Source of the DNA: Octopus vulgaris
Lineage: Eukaryota
Length of the DNA stretch: 64,000 nucleotides
Assembly: GCA_951406725.2 (NCBI GenBank)
Contig: OX597817.1
Coordinates: forward strand, 4,340,001-4,404,000
Direction: 5' to 3'
In this document: piece by piece, positions 12,037 to 25,546 of the stretch
Layout: every line of letters starts with the position of its first letter
Position numbering within the stretch: the stretch's first letter is position 1
Program-made: the position numbers and the translations under genes
The notes under the pieces: generated by a model
What the model was told of the DNA's origin: nothing
What the model saw: the letters and a program-made list of their open reading frames with translations, nothing else
Database searches by the model: none

Positions 12037-13199
12037 AAGAAAAAAAAAAGACAATGGTAATGCGCTACAGAGTTCCTGCTTCCTGTTAGCCTTTTCCCCG
12101 AGATGAGAGGGATCCTCCTTAACTTTAATTTCAATAAGATTTAAGAAGTTCCAAAGTGAACCGTAGAATGAATTTTTCCACATCAGCTTGCGTTGTTGGT
12201 GTTGTCATTGAGGCAGTTATTTTTGCAGCCAACGTTCCTGTTTCCATTGTTATTGTTGCTTACGTCTTCGCCTTTCCTTTTGCACTTTGCTGTTAGTGTG
12301 TAGCTGCAGGCCAGCACTCATGGAACGCCCATGCGTAACCCATAGATATGTTTCTCTAATTAGAGCGTATCACCACGGATCTGCAAGCAATACCACACTT
12401 CCCTATATGCAGTGTGACAGACTGGACATGTTGCTCTGTCTCACTCACGCGGGGATTATGATCTTTGCTGAAGAATAGGGGGTCAATGTTGATGTGGTGA
12501 GATCGAAACAATTGTTCATCAGCAATTATTTATAGTATTATTTGGATATTAATAGAAAGGCATTCAGTCATAAAGGCAACATTTCCTGAAATTAAGTATT
12601 GGAGGAATATCCCTAACTTCCACCCTGTATCTCCTACTTCCTCCTCCCTCTCCCTTTCTTTTATACACTCACGCATCATACATTCGCAAACTTACTGGAT
12701 AGTCTGCAATGGCCTCTGTACACACACATTTGAAATTAGAAATGTTCACTGCAGAACAGAACAGAAAAAAAAAATCTCTTCAATGAGGTAATAGTCAGAG
12801 CTGCTGCCAACTGCAGTGAGGTGTGTCTAATGAACTGTCCAGGGCATCTAATCAAATGACCGGTCGTGATTAGAGATAAGTTTGATATGTATGTATGTAT
12901 GTATGTATGTATTATTGTATATATGCATGCATACATACCTACATGCATACATACACATACATATATACAAACATATATATATATATATAATATATATATA
13001 TACAATATATATACATATGTATATATGTGTATACATAAACCTATATATATATATGTATCTATATATATAATATATATATATATATATCTTCTTATGTATA
13101 AATATCTCTGCACGCATACACATATACACACATTTTCCTCTCCCTTCTCTTTGTATATATATATTACAGACAGAGTTACATTCGTCGATTGATCGATTC

Positions 13200-13249
13200 A
13201 TGGATAGATAGATAGATAGATAGATAGATATATATATATATAGAGAGAA

Positions 13250-13306
<57 letters not shown>

Positions 13307-13334
13307 ATAGGTAAATAGGCAGATAAATAGATAG

Positions 13335-13392
<58 letters not shown>
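13200..13392. repeat. (TAGA)n microsatellite
   Basis: Direct reading of the sequence. Confidence 0.95.
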
Positions 13393-13394
<2 letters not shown>

Positions 13395-13809
13395 GTAAAT
13401 GGTCATTTAACATAGAAGTATGTACAATGATAAAAGTTGGAAATAGTGATGAACATTGTAACAGGAAAGTCAATGTCCTGCACCGAGAATTTTCAGCCAT
13501 TTATTGGATTTCGGACAAAGAAAGAAGATATTGTCATGGCTTGAATGTTTTCGATTAGAAATCTCCTTGATGAGGCTTCGCGAAACTTGGGTTTAAGCAG
13601 CAATGATAACAACAACAAGAACAGCAGCAACGGCAGAAGCAGCAGCAACAACAACAGTCACGAAAATCTTGGTAACATGTAGTTCAGATTCTGCCGAAAA
13701 TCCATAACTGCTGAATCTAATTTCAAACGACTGATGATCTAGGTGGTAAAGGTCTACTTAATGGGTTGATGTTGGTCTTAGATGATATACGTGGAACAAA
13801 TAAAGTATT

Positions 13810-13922
13810 ATTGGACGCTCAGGAAAGAAGGGAAGAAGGAGGGTTTAACGTTTCGAGCGGAGCTCTTCGTCGGAAACATAGGAGAAGGAAAGATCCAGAG
13901 ACGGGAGGACAGAGGAAAAACA
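13810..13922 (-). ncRNA. Penelope-type pLTR fragment with a minimal hammerhead-ribozyme-like motif (13843-13877)
   Basis: Minus strand reads gttt-CCGACGA-A-GAGC-tcc-GCTC-GAAAC-GTT-aaac: 4-bp helix I, 4-bp helix II, ACGT palindrome for helix III. Confidence 0.65.
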
Positions 13923-13952
13923 TCATATATACATATATATGGTCAGTTGGCA

Positions 13953-14137
13953 TGATAGATCGTTTGCCACTACACACATTTTTTTTCTCTCCTTGTTTTT
14001 TGTGTGTCCCTTTCTGAAGAAGAACGTAGGCTCGAAACGTATTAGACTTTTTCTATTCCTGAGCGTTATACTAATACATCTGTTTGTTTTGTACACCATC
14101 TGTCTTCGTATTGTGTTTTTTTCGTAAACTCTCTCTC
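13953..14137 (+). ncRNA. Penelope-type pLTR fragment with a hammerhead-like motif (14011-14045)
   Basis: CTGAAGA-A-GAAC-gtag-GCTC-GAAAC-GTA. The whole segment is homologous to 52595-52760. Confidence 0.65.
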
Positions 14138-14157
14138 TATATATATACATAGATATC

Positions 14158-14727
14158 TTGGTTTCATGTCGAAAGCCACCGGGCACCGTCATTATCTTGG
14201 CTGCACTTTCACTACTTGAAGCCTCCTCTGCAAGTGGCATTTGGTGAATGATGGATTTGCTGTTGCTGTCCTCAACTGCGATTCTTGCAGCCATCTAGGT
14301 TCATCCCAAACTTTTCACATGAGATCCAGTATTTTTTGAAAGACATCCACATGAACCCCATCTAGGTCTCTCAGGCTCTTTTCAAAGGTATTGAAGACCT
14401 GTGGGCCCTTGAAGCCCAATCTGTAGCTAGTCATGTTTCGTGATGGAAGCATTTGGATTTTTGGCATTATGCAGTGGCGCATCGTTGTGCTATTTTGTAT
14501 AACTTTCAGTGCCAAAATTTGTTACAAGTCCTAGTATTCTCCAGGTGTGTATCACGGCATACCGTTCCCGTCTCCGTTCTAGGGAGTTGACTCTTAACTG
14601 TTTCAGTGTCTTCCAGTAGTTGATATGTCGTATTGCTATATGTTACCTGTATAGTTTTGCTGGATTGCTTCGAGTTCTATCGCTTACTTTTACACAGTGT
14701 TGACTATAGTTGGGAGCAGTAGTCTAT
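14158..14727 (-). mobile_element. 5'-truncated, decayed CR1 LINE fragment (RT C-terminus and 3' end)
   Basis: LDYCSQL, ERRRERYAVI and LGFKGPQVFNTFEKSLRDLDGVHVDVF align with the C-terminus of the ORF at 46319-48832. Confidence 0.85.
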
Positions 14728-15254
14728 ACACACATGCACGCGCGCACGCACACACACACACACGTGTCTCCCTCGCACACACATACATTTGTAGTTGAAG
14801 AAGTAGATTCAGAGAATCGTGTACCCATCGAAGAAAGCTCCTCTAAAGGACGCGGCTATCAGAACACATAGTAGTCCAGACACACACTGCACACAAAACA
14901 TACACACACAACATATACATACACGCACACACAAATACTTCAAGCTACCAGTTAAACCCCTTTTAACTGACCGCTCTCCTACGAACATGTGAAGGGAGAC
15001 ATACTACAGACAGCCACAACTACCAAAAATTCTTACTATAAATTCTCCCTATGACATTAAGCGACACAGATTCCAACCACACACATACATAAACATCCAC
15101 AACCACACACACATACATACGCACATACGCACATACATCTGCTATCATTACACACACACACACACACACACACATGCCTCCTTCTCTTGCACTCTCCTGT
15201 CTTAGAAAGAACTTTTTCTTCACCCATTCCCTTCATGTCATTTCAATATGTAAC

Positions 15255-15445
15255 CGCGTGTGTATCGTTGGCGATTTTCTTTCTCCGTCTTCCCTTCTTT
15301 TTCTATATTTCTGACGAAGAGCTGCGCTCGAAACGTGAAATCCTCTTTCTTTTCTTTCCTTTCCTGAGCGTCCAATAACACAGTCCTTGTAACACAGTAC
15401 TCGGGTTGTTGTTATTTTCTTGCTTGTTCTTTCTTGGATTGACTA
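15255..15445 (+). ncRNA. Penelope-type pLTR fragment with a hammerhead-like motif (15307-15341)
   Basis: attt-CTGACGA-A-GAGC-tgc-GCTC-GAAAC-GTG-aaat, followed by CCTGAGCGTCCAATAA. Homologous to 13810-13922. Confidence 0.65.
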
Positions 15446-15467
15446 TGCGTGTGTATATATACATATA

Positions 15468-15552
<85 letters not shown>

Positions 15553-15813
15553 CTCTCTCTATATATATATGTATGTATGTATGTATATATATATCTGTGT
15601 GTGTGTAGGTATGTTTTATGTCGAGCGAATGAGAAAAGAGTCGCCAATATATGGTGGAGAGTATATAGTCTTTATCGAAATAGAAAGTTTGTGTCACGTA
15701 TTAAGTTTCACGCCAATGCACTCTGAAGAACGGCTGAAGTTTTCATCGCAGCTTTGTGAAACTGAAGTCGCGCGGCAAACTCAGTTCTAGTTTCAATAAA
15801 AAGTACACACACA

Positions 15814-15856
<43 letters not shown>

Positions 15857-18429
15857 ACACATCTAAATTATACATACACACACTTCTATATTACACACAC
15901 ACACACAGACGCCTATATGCGATGCGTTTGCGAGTGAATAGAAGTGTGCGCATGTGATTCTTACCCCATTAAGCTGCTAGCTTATTTTACTAAATGCCCA
16001 AATATTATTAATGAATTTCATAATGGAATAGTTTCGTTTTACCCCGAATGCTGTTCTGTATGTTTGTCGGAAACAAATGCAGATGTAGACAGCTCGTCTG
16101 AAATTGTGTAATGAAATTTGCCAATCTGACAAATTATATGTATTAGGATATTCTTAACCATATGAGCAATTTAAGAATAACACTGGATAATGCTTGTGCA
16201 ATTGATCTAAAATAGTGTGACAGACTGTGCAAATTCCCAGCAAGCTGAATTCTAATACACTTCCTGTTCAGATATTAATTCGACTATGAAAATGTATTAG
16301 AGCTGTAATCTATATTTTGAAAACTACTCGTAATCCTAGGCAGATATCCATATATTTGTTTTGTTGTTATTGTCGGTTTACATTATCATTTTGCCCCGAT
16401 AGAAAATCGGCTAATCTAGTACATGCATCTTAATAGTATACCACCATGCATCTTACTAGTAGTACCATGAGTCTTAGTAGTAGACACAGGATTACATAAC
16501 ATAATGTGTTAGGATCCAATTTGAGGGACATTTAGCTTCTATTTCTTGTAGGTTGTGCTACTTAAGAGATTCTGTCATTTAATAATGTAGATTTCTTTTT
16601 GATCGCTTGATTATTTGAATGCGGAGTGGGTAGATTTTATGTTTGTTTTGAAGAATAAGAGTACTAGTTATTTCAGATTATAGTTTGAATTATAAATAAT
16701 CGTCAGATATAACTTGCATTTCATTGTATGGCATTCCTATCACCTCATTTTACAGGTATATTCAGTATGTCGGTCTTCCTTATTGTTACCAAAATAGGCT
16801 TTTGCTCACTATCTATCATATGAAAGTAATCAACATCACAGCCATGCTGCAATGTAAAAGAAACAGAATGAGAAACTGGATAGAATTTTGCCAGAGGTTG
16901 ATTATTCGTAGACAATCCGAAATAGAACTGACAGAAGGCAATATAGAGTAAACAAAATTTATTTATTTTCTCCCACTGAGTGAGAGGTGAAAATATAATA
17001 ACTATGACTCTTTTTTTGAATACATTCAAGAATGTCAAGAAGGAAGATCTGGTCAAAAAATTTTAAGAAAGGGATCACCGCTGAGGCTCTCGGAGAGCGA
17101 GATGAGTTTAATAAAGTAAAAATCGGATTTATTTCTACGTATAGTATACCTACTAAATTTCTTTCACACGACTTTGATCAAATGGATCAAATAGAAAACA
17201 CTATCCTAGTGTACCATGTGCTACTGTTGACTCGAAACGACATTTTAGTTAAGTGAATTCCTTTACCAGAGACATGCATAAACTCGACTACACCCCAAGT
17301 ACTGACTTAATTTTGACAATATTACTATTATCAAAATCTATTTTGTGGAAGGCAAGGTTTAAGTAAACTTTAATACATTTTTTTTCTTTTTGATGGGGTT
17401 GTGTGCAACCTTTCACTGACTAATCTATGGCGTATTATAAAGATACATCAATACACATGATTAGTTTTAGCGAAAACCTTGAATGGCTTCCTTGAAATTT
17501 CACGATAAATGAAATAGCAATGCAAACAATGATATTTCGGTTCCATCGAGATGTTAATTTCTGAAGTTTAGAATTTGTACAGCTATTTATACTAAAATTA
17601 AGAGTATGGTAATTAATGTTGCGCAATGGGTATTTGTCTTGTAATTAATCTGTTCTAACAATACTGCGTGGGATGCTAATGTTTCTTAGTATTGGAACAT
17701 GCATTTATGCAATGTGAGATCGTGGGTTGGAAATTCTTTAAAGATATAATCATAAAAATCCCTTATGTGCAACAGAAGTAGTATTAAATTAAAATAGCCA
17801 CCTGTGTATCATACATAATCCAAATGCATCACGGAAAGCGAAATAAATGGCGATAAGAGATAATATCTCTTATAGATGTACTGTGTTAAATAACACAAAC
17901 AAATCCGTTTCACAGAAAATCCCCCAGAAATAGTGGTTGGAAGGTTAGATGTGCATTTCTGACAACTTGGACTTTGTCTGTAGCAAGTATCCACAAAGCA
18001 AGTGCATGCTAAGACAGAATCCGTCGACACTGATATCGAAAAGCAGTGATTGAAAAATCATAGGTGTAGCAGTTACCCCTCCCCACCCCAGCTATATAAA
18101 AATCAGATATATTTGTGCTGATACATAACATCCAAAAGTGATCTCCAGGTGTAATACCGCAGTTAATTTAGCTTTTCATGATGTATTTGCATTAAATATG
18201 ATACGTAGATGGCTATCATAATGGTAAATTGCCTTTTGTAATACTATGCTTTATTAGATATATTTCAAATACCTGATGTACTCACTATATCATAACACAA
18301 ACATACGCACACACACACACGCATAAGCCCACGCACAAACACATATTTGTCAATTGACGAGGAAGCGGACAAAGAGAAACAAAAGGAATCGTAGATAAGC
18401 AGATACAAGACAAGGGAACTTATAGTTCG

Positions 18430-19050
18430 AGGGAGTTGTACGCAAATCAAACTCATTCTGCCATTCTTACACAATATTATCAAAATCCTGGATCTTACCA
18501 GGGGTCTTACCAGTAGTACCGGCAAAGATTGAATATATCTGATATGCTCCTGCAAAAAGACATATGAAGTTGGTCTGCATAAAACAGACTCAAACCGTAA
18601 ATATAGCCTTTGTTGAGCACGTGAAAGCTTTTGACAATAGCAAATTATGGAGATTCGTTACATATATGTTTGTCTATCCATATTCGTGTGTAGAGTAGTC
18701 CATTTTTATGGCTTGTTGCCGAGAATTAAGTTCGATGGAAACATCTGTATCATTTTCTATTACAGTTTGTGTGAAACAAGGGTGACTTGCAACATGCCAT
18801 TTCCAGTGTCATTTTCTCCTATTATATTAGAGAAAGAGCTTTGAATGCCATTATTTGGGGTTAGGATGAAGTACAGATATGACAGTAAATTGGTCAATAT
18901 TCATAGACTGCAAGCTACAAGCAAAGTTAAGCATCTAAGAGTCTATTATGGCTTGCGCATAATGAATCTAACATAGAAGTATTTGTCGACCACTTCTAAA
19001 ATGCCAGTAGCAACTTTGCCTCACCTTCAGCATTACATATATATAGAAAT
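18430..19050 (+). mobile_element. Decayed RTE-clade LINE RT fragment
   Basis: Broken frames give IAFVEHVKAFD, VKQG*LA and RYDSKLVNIHRLQATSKV (cf. RTE/BovB RTDGKLFNLRRLQAKTKV). Confidence 0.65.
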
Positions 19051-19517
19051 TCTACACGAAATGTAGCAGTAGAAGCACAGGGTGAAGCTTCTGGAATAAA
19101 TGAGAGATCAAGTTGAAATATATAGGCAACTATGAATATCTCCAAAATAAAAATGTTGGTTGGTACTGGACGTCACTCTGTATTGGGAAGATGGGTATAT
19201 ATTTCTAGACACATATCTATCCAATTATATTTATGTACGCATGTATACAGAGATAGGTTTCCAAACAAAAGAAATGAATACACGTTGTTCATTAGGAAAT
19301 GTTTACTGAAATTTTATCAAACTTGCTAATTTAAACTAAGCATACTGCGTTTTTGGTCCATCCAGTTATTTTTGTCTCCCATAAAAAATTCATCTATTTT
19401 GTATTATGCTTGCAATGGTTGGTTCGATAAGAGAAATTTGTACCATGTGATAGGTGTTTTATTCTGTTTCAAGATGACAATCATATTTGCTGCTTTATCG
19501 TACCTCTTATCGTTTAT

Positions 19518-19600
19518 CTTTTACTTGTTTCAGTCATAAGACTGCGACCATGCTGGGGCACTGCCTTCGAGAATTTCCTTCGAACGTATCAACCCCAGAA
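19518..19600 (-). mobile_element. Group B SINE tail fragment
   Basis: CTTTTACTTGTTTCAGTCATAAGACTGCGACCATGCTGGGGCACTGCC. Confidence 0.75.
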
Positions 19601-20516
19601 CCTCTGAGAAGGTTTCACATGTGTTTATCTCTCTGTCAAATACATGTAATATAAAGGGAGAGAAAGTGAAAAAAACGGAATAGAGAGAGAGAGAGAGGGG
19701 GGAAAACAGAGAGAAGAGGAAGGAAGAGAGAGGAAGAGAAATACCTGTGAAAGACTCAGACGTTTAAGCGTTAGAAACACGAGAATTCAGTTAATGAAAC
19801 AGCTGAATAATCATCGTCGAGAACGACGAAGATATCGCTATATTCACGTAGACATACATACATACATACTTGCAAACATATAATACATACACACACTCAC
19901 ACAAGCAAAAATACACACACTGATACATGCATATACACATATATATATGCATACATTGCTACGTAGATACATAGATGCATACGTATATATACATGTTTGC
20001 ATACACACCCTTAACTACAAATATACACATGTATATATTCATACATACATTTAGAATGTTGCTTGTGATTTACAGTTTGTTTAAAGGAGATTAACAAAGT
20101 TTAGTTTTGGCAAGTGTGCACACTGAGACGTTTCAATTGAATGTATATTTTTTATTCACTAATTAATTCTAAATTCTAATTCTTATCTAGTTTATTATTT
20201 CTACATTATAAATTCTAATTCTAAATTTAAGCTGCTTTATAATTTCAGTGGATCTCTCTTACAGGTTTATTACCGTAAGTCAATTATCTAAGAGTATTAA
20301 TTGAATGATGTTGGATATACAGACAGCCGACAAAGGCTAATGAAGCGCTAAACAGAATGGGTTTTTGTATTAATATGGTTTCTGAAAATATAAAGTTCGA
20401 GCCACTGTTATGTTACTCTTGCTGTATACTTTTTTTGTGGGGTTCGAATAAAATTAGACTCAGAAGAAAAGAAAGGGGTCGCTTGCATCGATAGTACTCC
20501 GATGTAGTATAATAAA

Positions 20517-20899
20517 CTAGCAGTATCGCCCGGCGTTGCTTGGGTTTGTAAGGGAAATAACTATATAAGCATTTTTAGACAGTTATAGCCAAAAAACTAG
20601 CAAAAAATGCATTAAAAACGGAAAAAAAATTATTGTAATTTTTTTTTAAATCGTTGACTCCTCGTAGACATTTTTAGAGAGTTACTTCTCTTATATAATA
20701 GCTAATAAAATGCATTAAAATGGAAAAAAATGATAAATCGTAGACTCATCGTAGACATGCGCTAATACCCAGAAGGGCTCGATATGAATCACGACTATAA
20801 GATACCCGGTTTTGGTTAAACTGCACCGCAAAATGTGGGAATAGTTAGGAATCTAAATCGTAGGAGACAGACACACAACTTCACTTTTATATATAAAGA
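20517..20899 (-). mobile_element. Non-autonomous Helitron (second copy)
   Basis: Reverse complement of 851-1248, with TC start, hairpin and CTAG end, inserted between A and T. Confidence 0.85.
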
Positions 20900-22087
20900 T
20901 ATATTTCTGAAAAGGGACTTCACTCTGAAAATCAAGTTCGCAATACTGGTTAGTGTCCGTACCAATTAGCGACTGACTGTCATACCTCGCTTCATTTCAC
21001 GTTGGAACAGACTGGAGCCTCAGCTATTTCGCCTTTTGAGGAAGGGACACGTTCCACTGGTCAGACGTTCCATTTACTATCAACATCCGCTGACGAGAGA
21101 ACTGGGAATTCCATGGACAATGCTGCCTAGGCACCATCATCTCCATCCTTTTTTAAATGTGAAAATGTATGGGTAACTTGGGTTTAATTCGAACAGATAT
21201 ATTTTGCATGTAAGCTGTCTTTGTGAATATGTCTCCACCAGATTTCTTTGGCCCGGGAAAAAGCAGCTGTCTTCATTTGTCAGGTAGCTCCAACAAAAAA
21301 CGTCATGTTGTCAAGACAGTCTCATTTCTCTTTGGCCAAGCCCACATGAATTTTTTCAGGCGTCACTTGAAAAGAAAACTGAGAGTAGAGAGGCAAATGT
21401 CTTCCAGAAAATTCGTTGAAAGGTGTATTACAGTGGCCTGTGTAGTCTGGATGAACACTTAGATTGCAGGAGGAATGGGGAATGTACTGATCAGAGTGAC
21501 AGTGCTTTTTTGTGGTGTTTATCCACCAACTGGAAAAATTATCATTGTTAAATAATAAAAGCATCATCTGTGATTGCATATCCGAATCTGAAAAGAAGCT
21601 GTAAAGATTCAAATTATGACAAACCTTAAACGTCGCGGACAGAATCTGGTGGAACCGAGAAAATGTTCAGCACCAAAGCAATTATGCCGTTCCTCAAAAA
21701 AGTCACAGGAAACCATTTAGAAAAATGATGCAAATTATCTGAATGAAAAGGTGTTTTCTTGATTGAATTCACATATCACAAAATCTAATTGTAGCTGACA
21801 TGCTGTAAGACCTACTTTTATTAATAGCTGAATATACTTCCAAATATACACGTTATCCATCGACTCATTATTGGTACATTTTTATATATTCAATGAAGAT
21901 ATTTCTAGAATAAATAGTTATGTACACATAGTATTGGACTTTAAGAGAAGTCAAAGTAAGAATTCAGTTGTCACTAATTGTAACTGACGGTGCAGGGTAG
22001 CACCTACATTGCTTGAAAGAAGAGATAAAATTATCTTAGCCCCAAAGAAGCAAAATTCTATGTACTCACAGGGGAGCTAACTATTTA

Positions 22088-23267
22088 GACAGACATGATA
22101 GAAGTAAATAGACCCCCCCCCTATACTCGTTAGAATAAATTAAAATTTGGAGTGATACATTCAGACTTTTTATTAATTAGTATAATGTGAATATCTAATA
22201 TTTAGCAGGCATACCTTTTACACTTTTCAATGCAAGGATCCTATTAGACTGATCAGATGACGAATATTTTCATGAGGAATTTCTTGCCAAGTTTCATGCA
22301 GTAATCTCAAAAGATCTGGCTTTGAGTATGCTTTGTTATTTTTTTGAAGTGTTCTGGTTATTATGTCCCAATACTGTCCAATAGGGTTCATATCTTGTGA
22401 CTGGTTGGCCATGGAAGCTTTTTACTGCAGTTTTTCCAACCAGCTTTGGATCTTTTTAGCCGTTTGACAAGGAGCCCAATCTTCCGTAAATAAAGAGCCT
22501 TCTTTAATCATTTCACCACTGAAGAAGATTAGGAGTCCTTTCTACAATATGGTCACATACTATCTGAGTTTATATTTTCCTCACTCTCCACCAGCTCTCA
22601 TCGACCATTGCTCCAAATTGCACCGCAGGCTATCACAGAACAGTCGCCATATTTCATTGTTGGCTCCATCTTTGCACATCAAATTCTTGATCACAGAGAC
22701 TCCAGACCCACACTCGACCACTGTCAGAAAATAGAGCAGATTTGGACTCATCAGAAAATATGACAGTGTCCCAATGCTAGTGGACTCTCTACCATCTCAA
22801 TGGCCCAATCTTTTCTTCGCTTAATATTTTGTGAAGATACCTGATACATGTTCTGGGATGGACATCAAATTGTTCTGCTATGTCAGATGCCTTGCAATGA
22901 GAATTATCCTCCACACTTCTCTTAACAATGCGAAGGGTCCTGTCAGAGGTCTCTGGACGAACTGAGCGGGCTAATGTGGAGTCCTTGCACTCTCTGGTGA
23001 ATTGCACAATCAATCTATTAACTGTAGAAAGTGGGATCCCATGGTTTTCTGAGGTTTTACTCTGACCAGGTCCACTTTCAGTTTGATTCACAATTCGGCC
23101 TCTTTGAAATTCGGACAGTTCTAAGCCTCCTTTTGCATGTAACATGATTAAACAGTCATATATAGAACCTGAAACATAAAAAGATCAATTGATTAAAAAT
23201 ATAAACATTTTCAAGTTAAAAGAAGCATAAAACGATGTTTTATGGGGTGTCTATTTACTTCTGTCAT

Positions 23268-23272
<5 letters not shown>
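22088..23272 (-). mobile_element. Decayed Tc1-family (DD34E-type) transposon
   Basis: TIRs ACATGATAGAAGTAAATAGACCCCCC and GGGGTGTCTATTTACTTCTGTCATGT. N-terminal HTH fragment LELSEFQRGRIV..IPLSTVNRLI (22789-23145). Catalytic-region fragment ANQSQDMNPIGQYWD (cf. PxQSPDLNPIExxW). Confidence 0.85.
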
Positions 23273-23307
<35 letters not shown>

Positions 23308-23310
<3 letters not shown>

Positions 23311-25130
23311 GGGCCCTCAATCCCACATGTCTGCGGAGCGAATATCTCCAGCAATTACAGACTATCCTACTTCCTCTCACATGTTTTACGACCATTCATT
23401 GAAATGTCCCCAGATGTCTGTGTGAGTACAGAGGATCTTTTCAGTAGAATCAGTAATTGCAACTACTTCAACGACCTCACAGGTTGCATAGTGGGTGGTA
23501 TGGATGTAGTTTGACTCTACCCATCTATAGACATAGATTTTGCTGTGGAAAAAATGTATTGAGATAATCTGTGAGAGTGAAGTAGAGTTCCGTGAAGTCA
23601 ACACGAAGGAACTGGGATTCCTCCTTAGACTAAGCTATGACTGTAACTATCTAGACAACCATGATCTTAGAAGATTCTGCCCCACCAGGTCACAGAGGGG
23701 AAGACCATCCACGATCACCTCGGCAGTTAAGAAAAAGCACCACAGAGTGCTGCAGTGGCCGGACCATACGCATTAAGGACCTTGAGAACAACACTCAGTT
23801 GAAAAGAATGATTGCACATGCAATAGGGGCTAGCATAAGAACTACACTGAAAAGCCACACCGTAAAGTTCAAAAGGAAACTATACATACAGGTTCAAGGT
23901 GCAGTCATTGGTATCGGTGTGGCTAGAGATGTGGCTGGCCTCTCTATGATCTGGTGGGACAGAAAACTTAAACAATCCTTAGCGGAAAAGTCCACAACTG
24001 TTTTGCTTTACTGTAGGTATATAGACGACATTAATATTCTAGTTACGACAATCTCTAGTAACAGTAATGCAGAAACCGGGAGGAGCATAATGGAGATCAT
24101 CCAGCTCATAGCTAACTCTATCTACCAAAGTATCAAGGTATCTATAGATAACCTCACTTTGTACCCTAACAATAGACTCCCTGTCTAACTTTGGTTAGAG
24201 ACTGTGAACAACAGAGTGCAGCTCCTCCACTCCTATACCATGAAACACATAGATTCTAAACATTTTGTTCACATGACCTCAGCATTGTCACACAACATGA
24301 AAATCGACATACTGATACCAGACTTAGCTAGGATGATGAAGAGCATGTCCCCACTATGCAAACCCTATGACACAAAGAAACAGGTATAGAACTTCATGCT
24401 CTGCATGTAATTCTCTGGATATGATCAGAAAGATAGGGCTCGGGTATACAGAGGAGCTAGAAAGAATTTAGATAGCATTATATGTAGTAAAACCAGTACT
24501 ACCTGCCCTAGGTATAGAAGTAACGACTGGAATAGGATAGAAAGAGTTTGTGAGAAAGCAAACAGGGCGAATACGTGGTACAAGACCGACAAATATCAAG
24601 AAGTGATACTTGTAGAGACCACAATCCATAGAGAACAAGCCCGAAGATTTAGTAGAGCTCTGAAGGAAGCCAAACTCAACATTAAGATCGTTGAAAAGCC
24701 AGATCACAACTATGAAGGATGTACCGTTTGAGAATATCAGATGTACCAGTGATAACTGCATGGTATGTAAAATTAACTCTGGCATTAAATGTAGAACTAG
24801 TAATGTAGTCTACAGCATAAGGTACATAGAGGGTGCTTGTAAAGACAAGAATTTGAATAGACTAAGGTGAGACATCTAGAAGCACTGCAGAAAGACTAAA
24901 TGACACACATTTGAGATAATATGACGACAAGAAACAATCCTCCATACGATACCAGCATGGAGGCACATTGGGTTAACTTGACATCCACAGGTTATCTAAG
25001 CACCCGAAGGACAAAATATTCAGACAAATACAAGAGTACGTCCTCATAAATGAAACACCCCCAGTACTAAATAGGAAGCATACGTAGAAGGTAGTCATAC
25101 CCCGAGACCCACAGTTTACATGAACATACA
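23308..25130 (+). mobile_element. Decayed Penelope-like element (RT + Cys-rich linker + GIY-YIG endonuclease)
   Basis: Fragments MDVV*LYPSID, KLYIQVQGAVIG, LLYCRYIDDINIL (RT); SALSHNMK (thumb); CTSDNCMVC..CRTSNVVY and GETSRSTAERL (GIY-YIG). Multiple frameshifts and stops. Confidence 0.85.
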
Positions 25131-25439
25131 AACACAGGAATATGTAGAATACATTCATACATACAAATGTACACACATGAATACACATATATATATATAT
25201 ATATGCATACACATACATACATGCATGCATATATACATACATGTATGTATACACATGTACACTGACGCACACACATGCGTACAAACAAACAAATAAACAA
25301 TAAAAACGTAGCTCTGATAACTGACAGAGAAAACGACTATTGAAAAGGTTGCAAGACGCCACGAAAGTAAATGAGTGGAAATCAAATCGGTGACTGTGTT
25401 AAATAAGACACTAAAAGAGAAGACTCTCCCCAGACACAA

Positions 25440-25448
25440 TATATATAT

Positions 25449-25544
<96 letters not shown>
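25440..25544. repeat. (TA)n microsatellite
   Basis: Direct reading of the sequence. Confidence 0.95.

Positions 25545-25546
<2 letters not shown>

Noticed and set aside
13563-13592. CCTTGATGAGGCTTCGCGAAAC hammerhead-like string
   Set aside because: Imperfect core, only a 2-bp helix II and no second copy in the window. Could be chance.
17900-17950. Possible micro-exon (TTTCACAG..GAAG|GTTAGA)
   Set aside because: Splice-like motifs alone are common by chance, and there is no supporting ORF or neighbouring exon.
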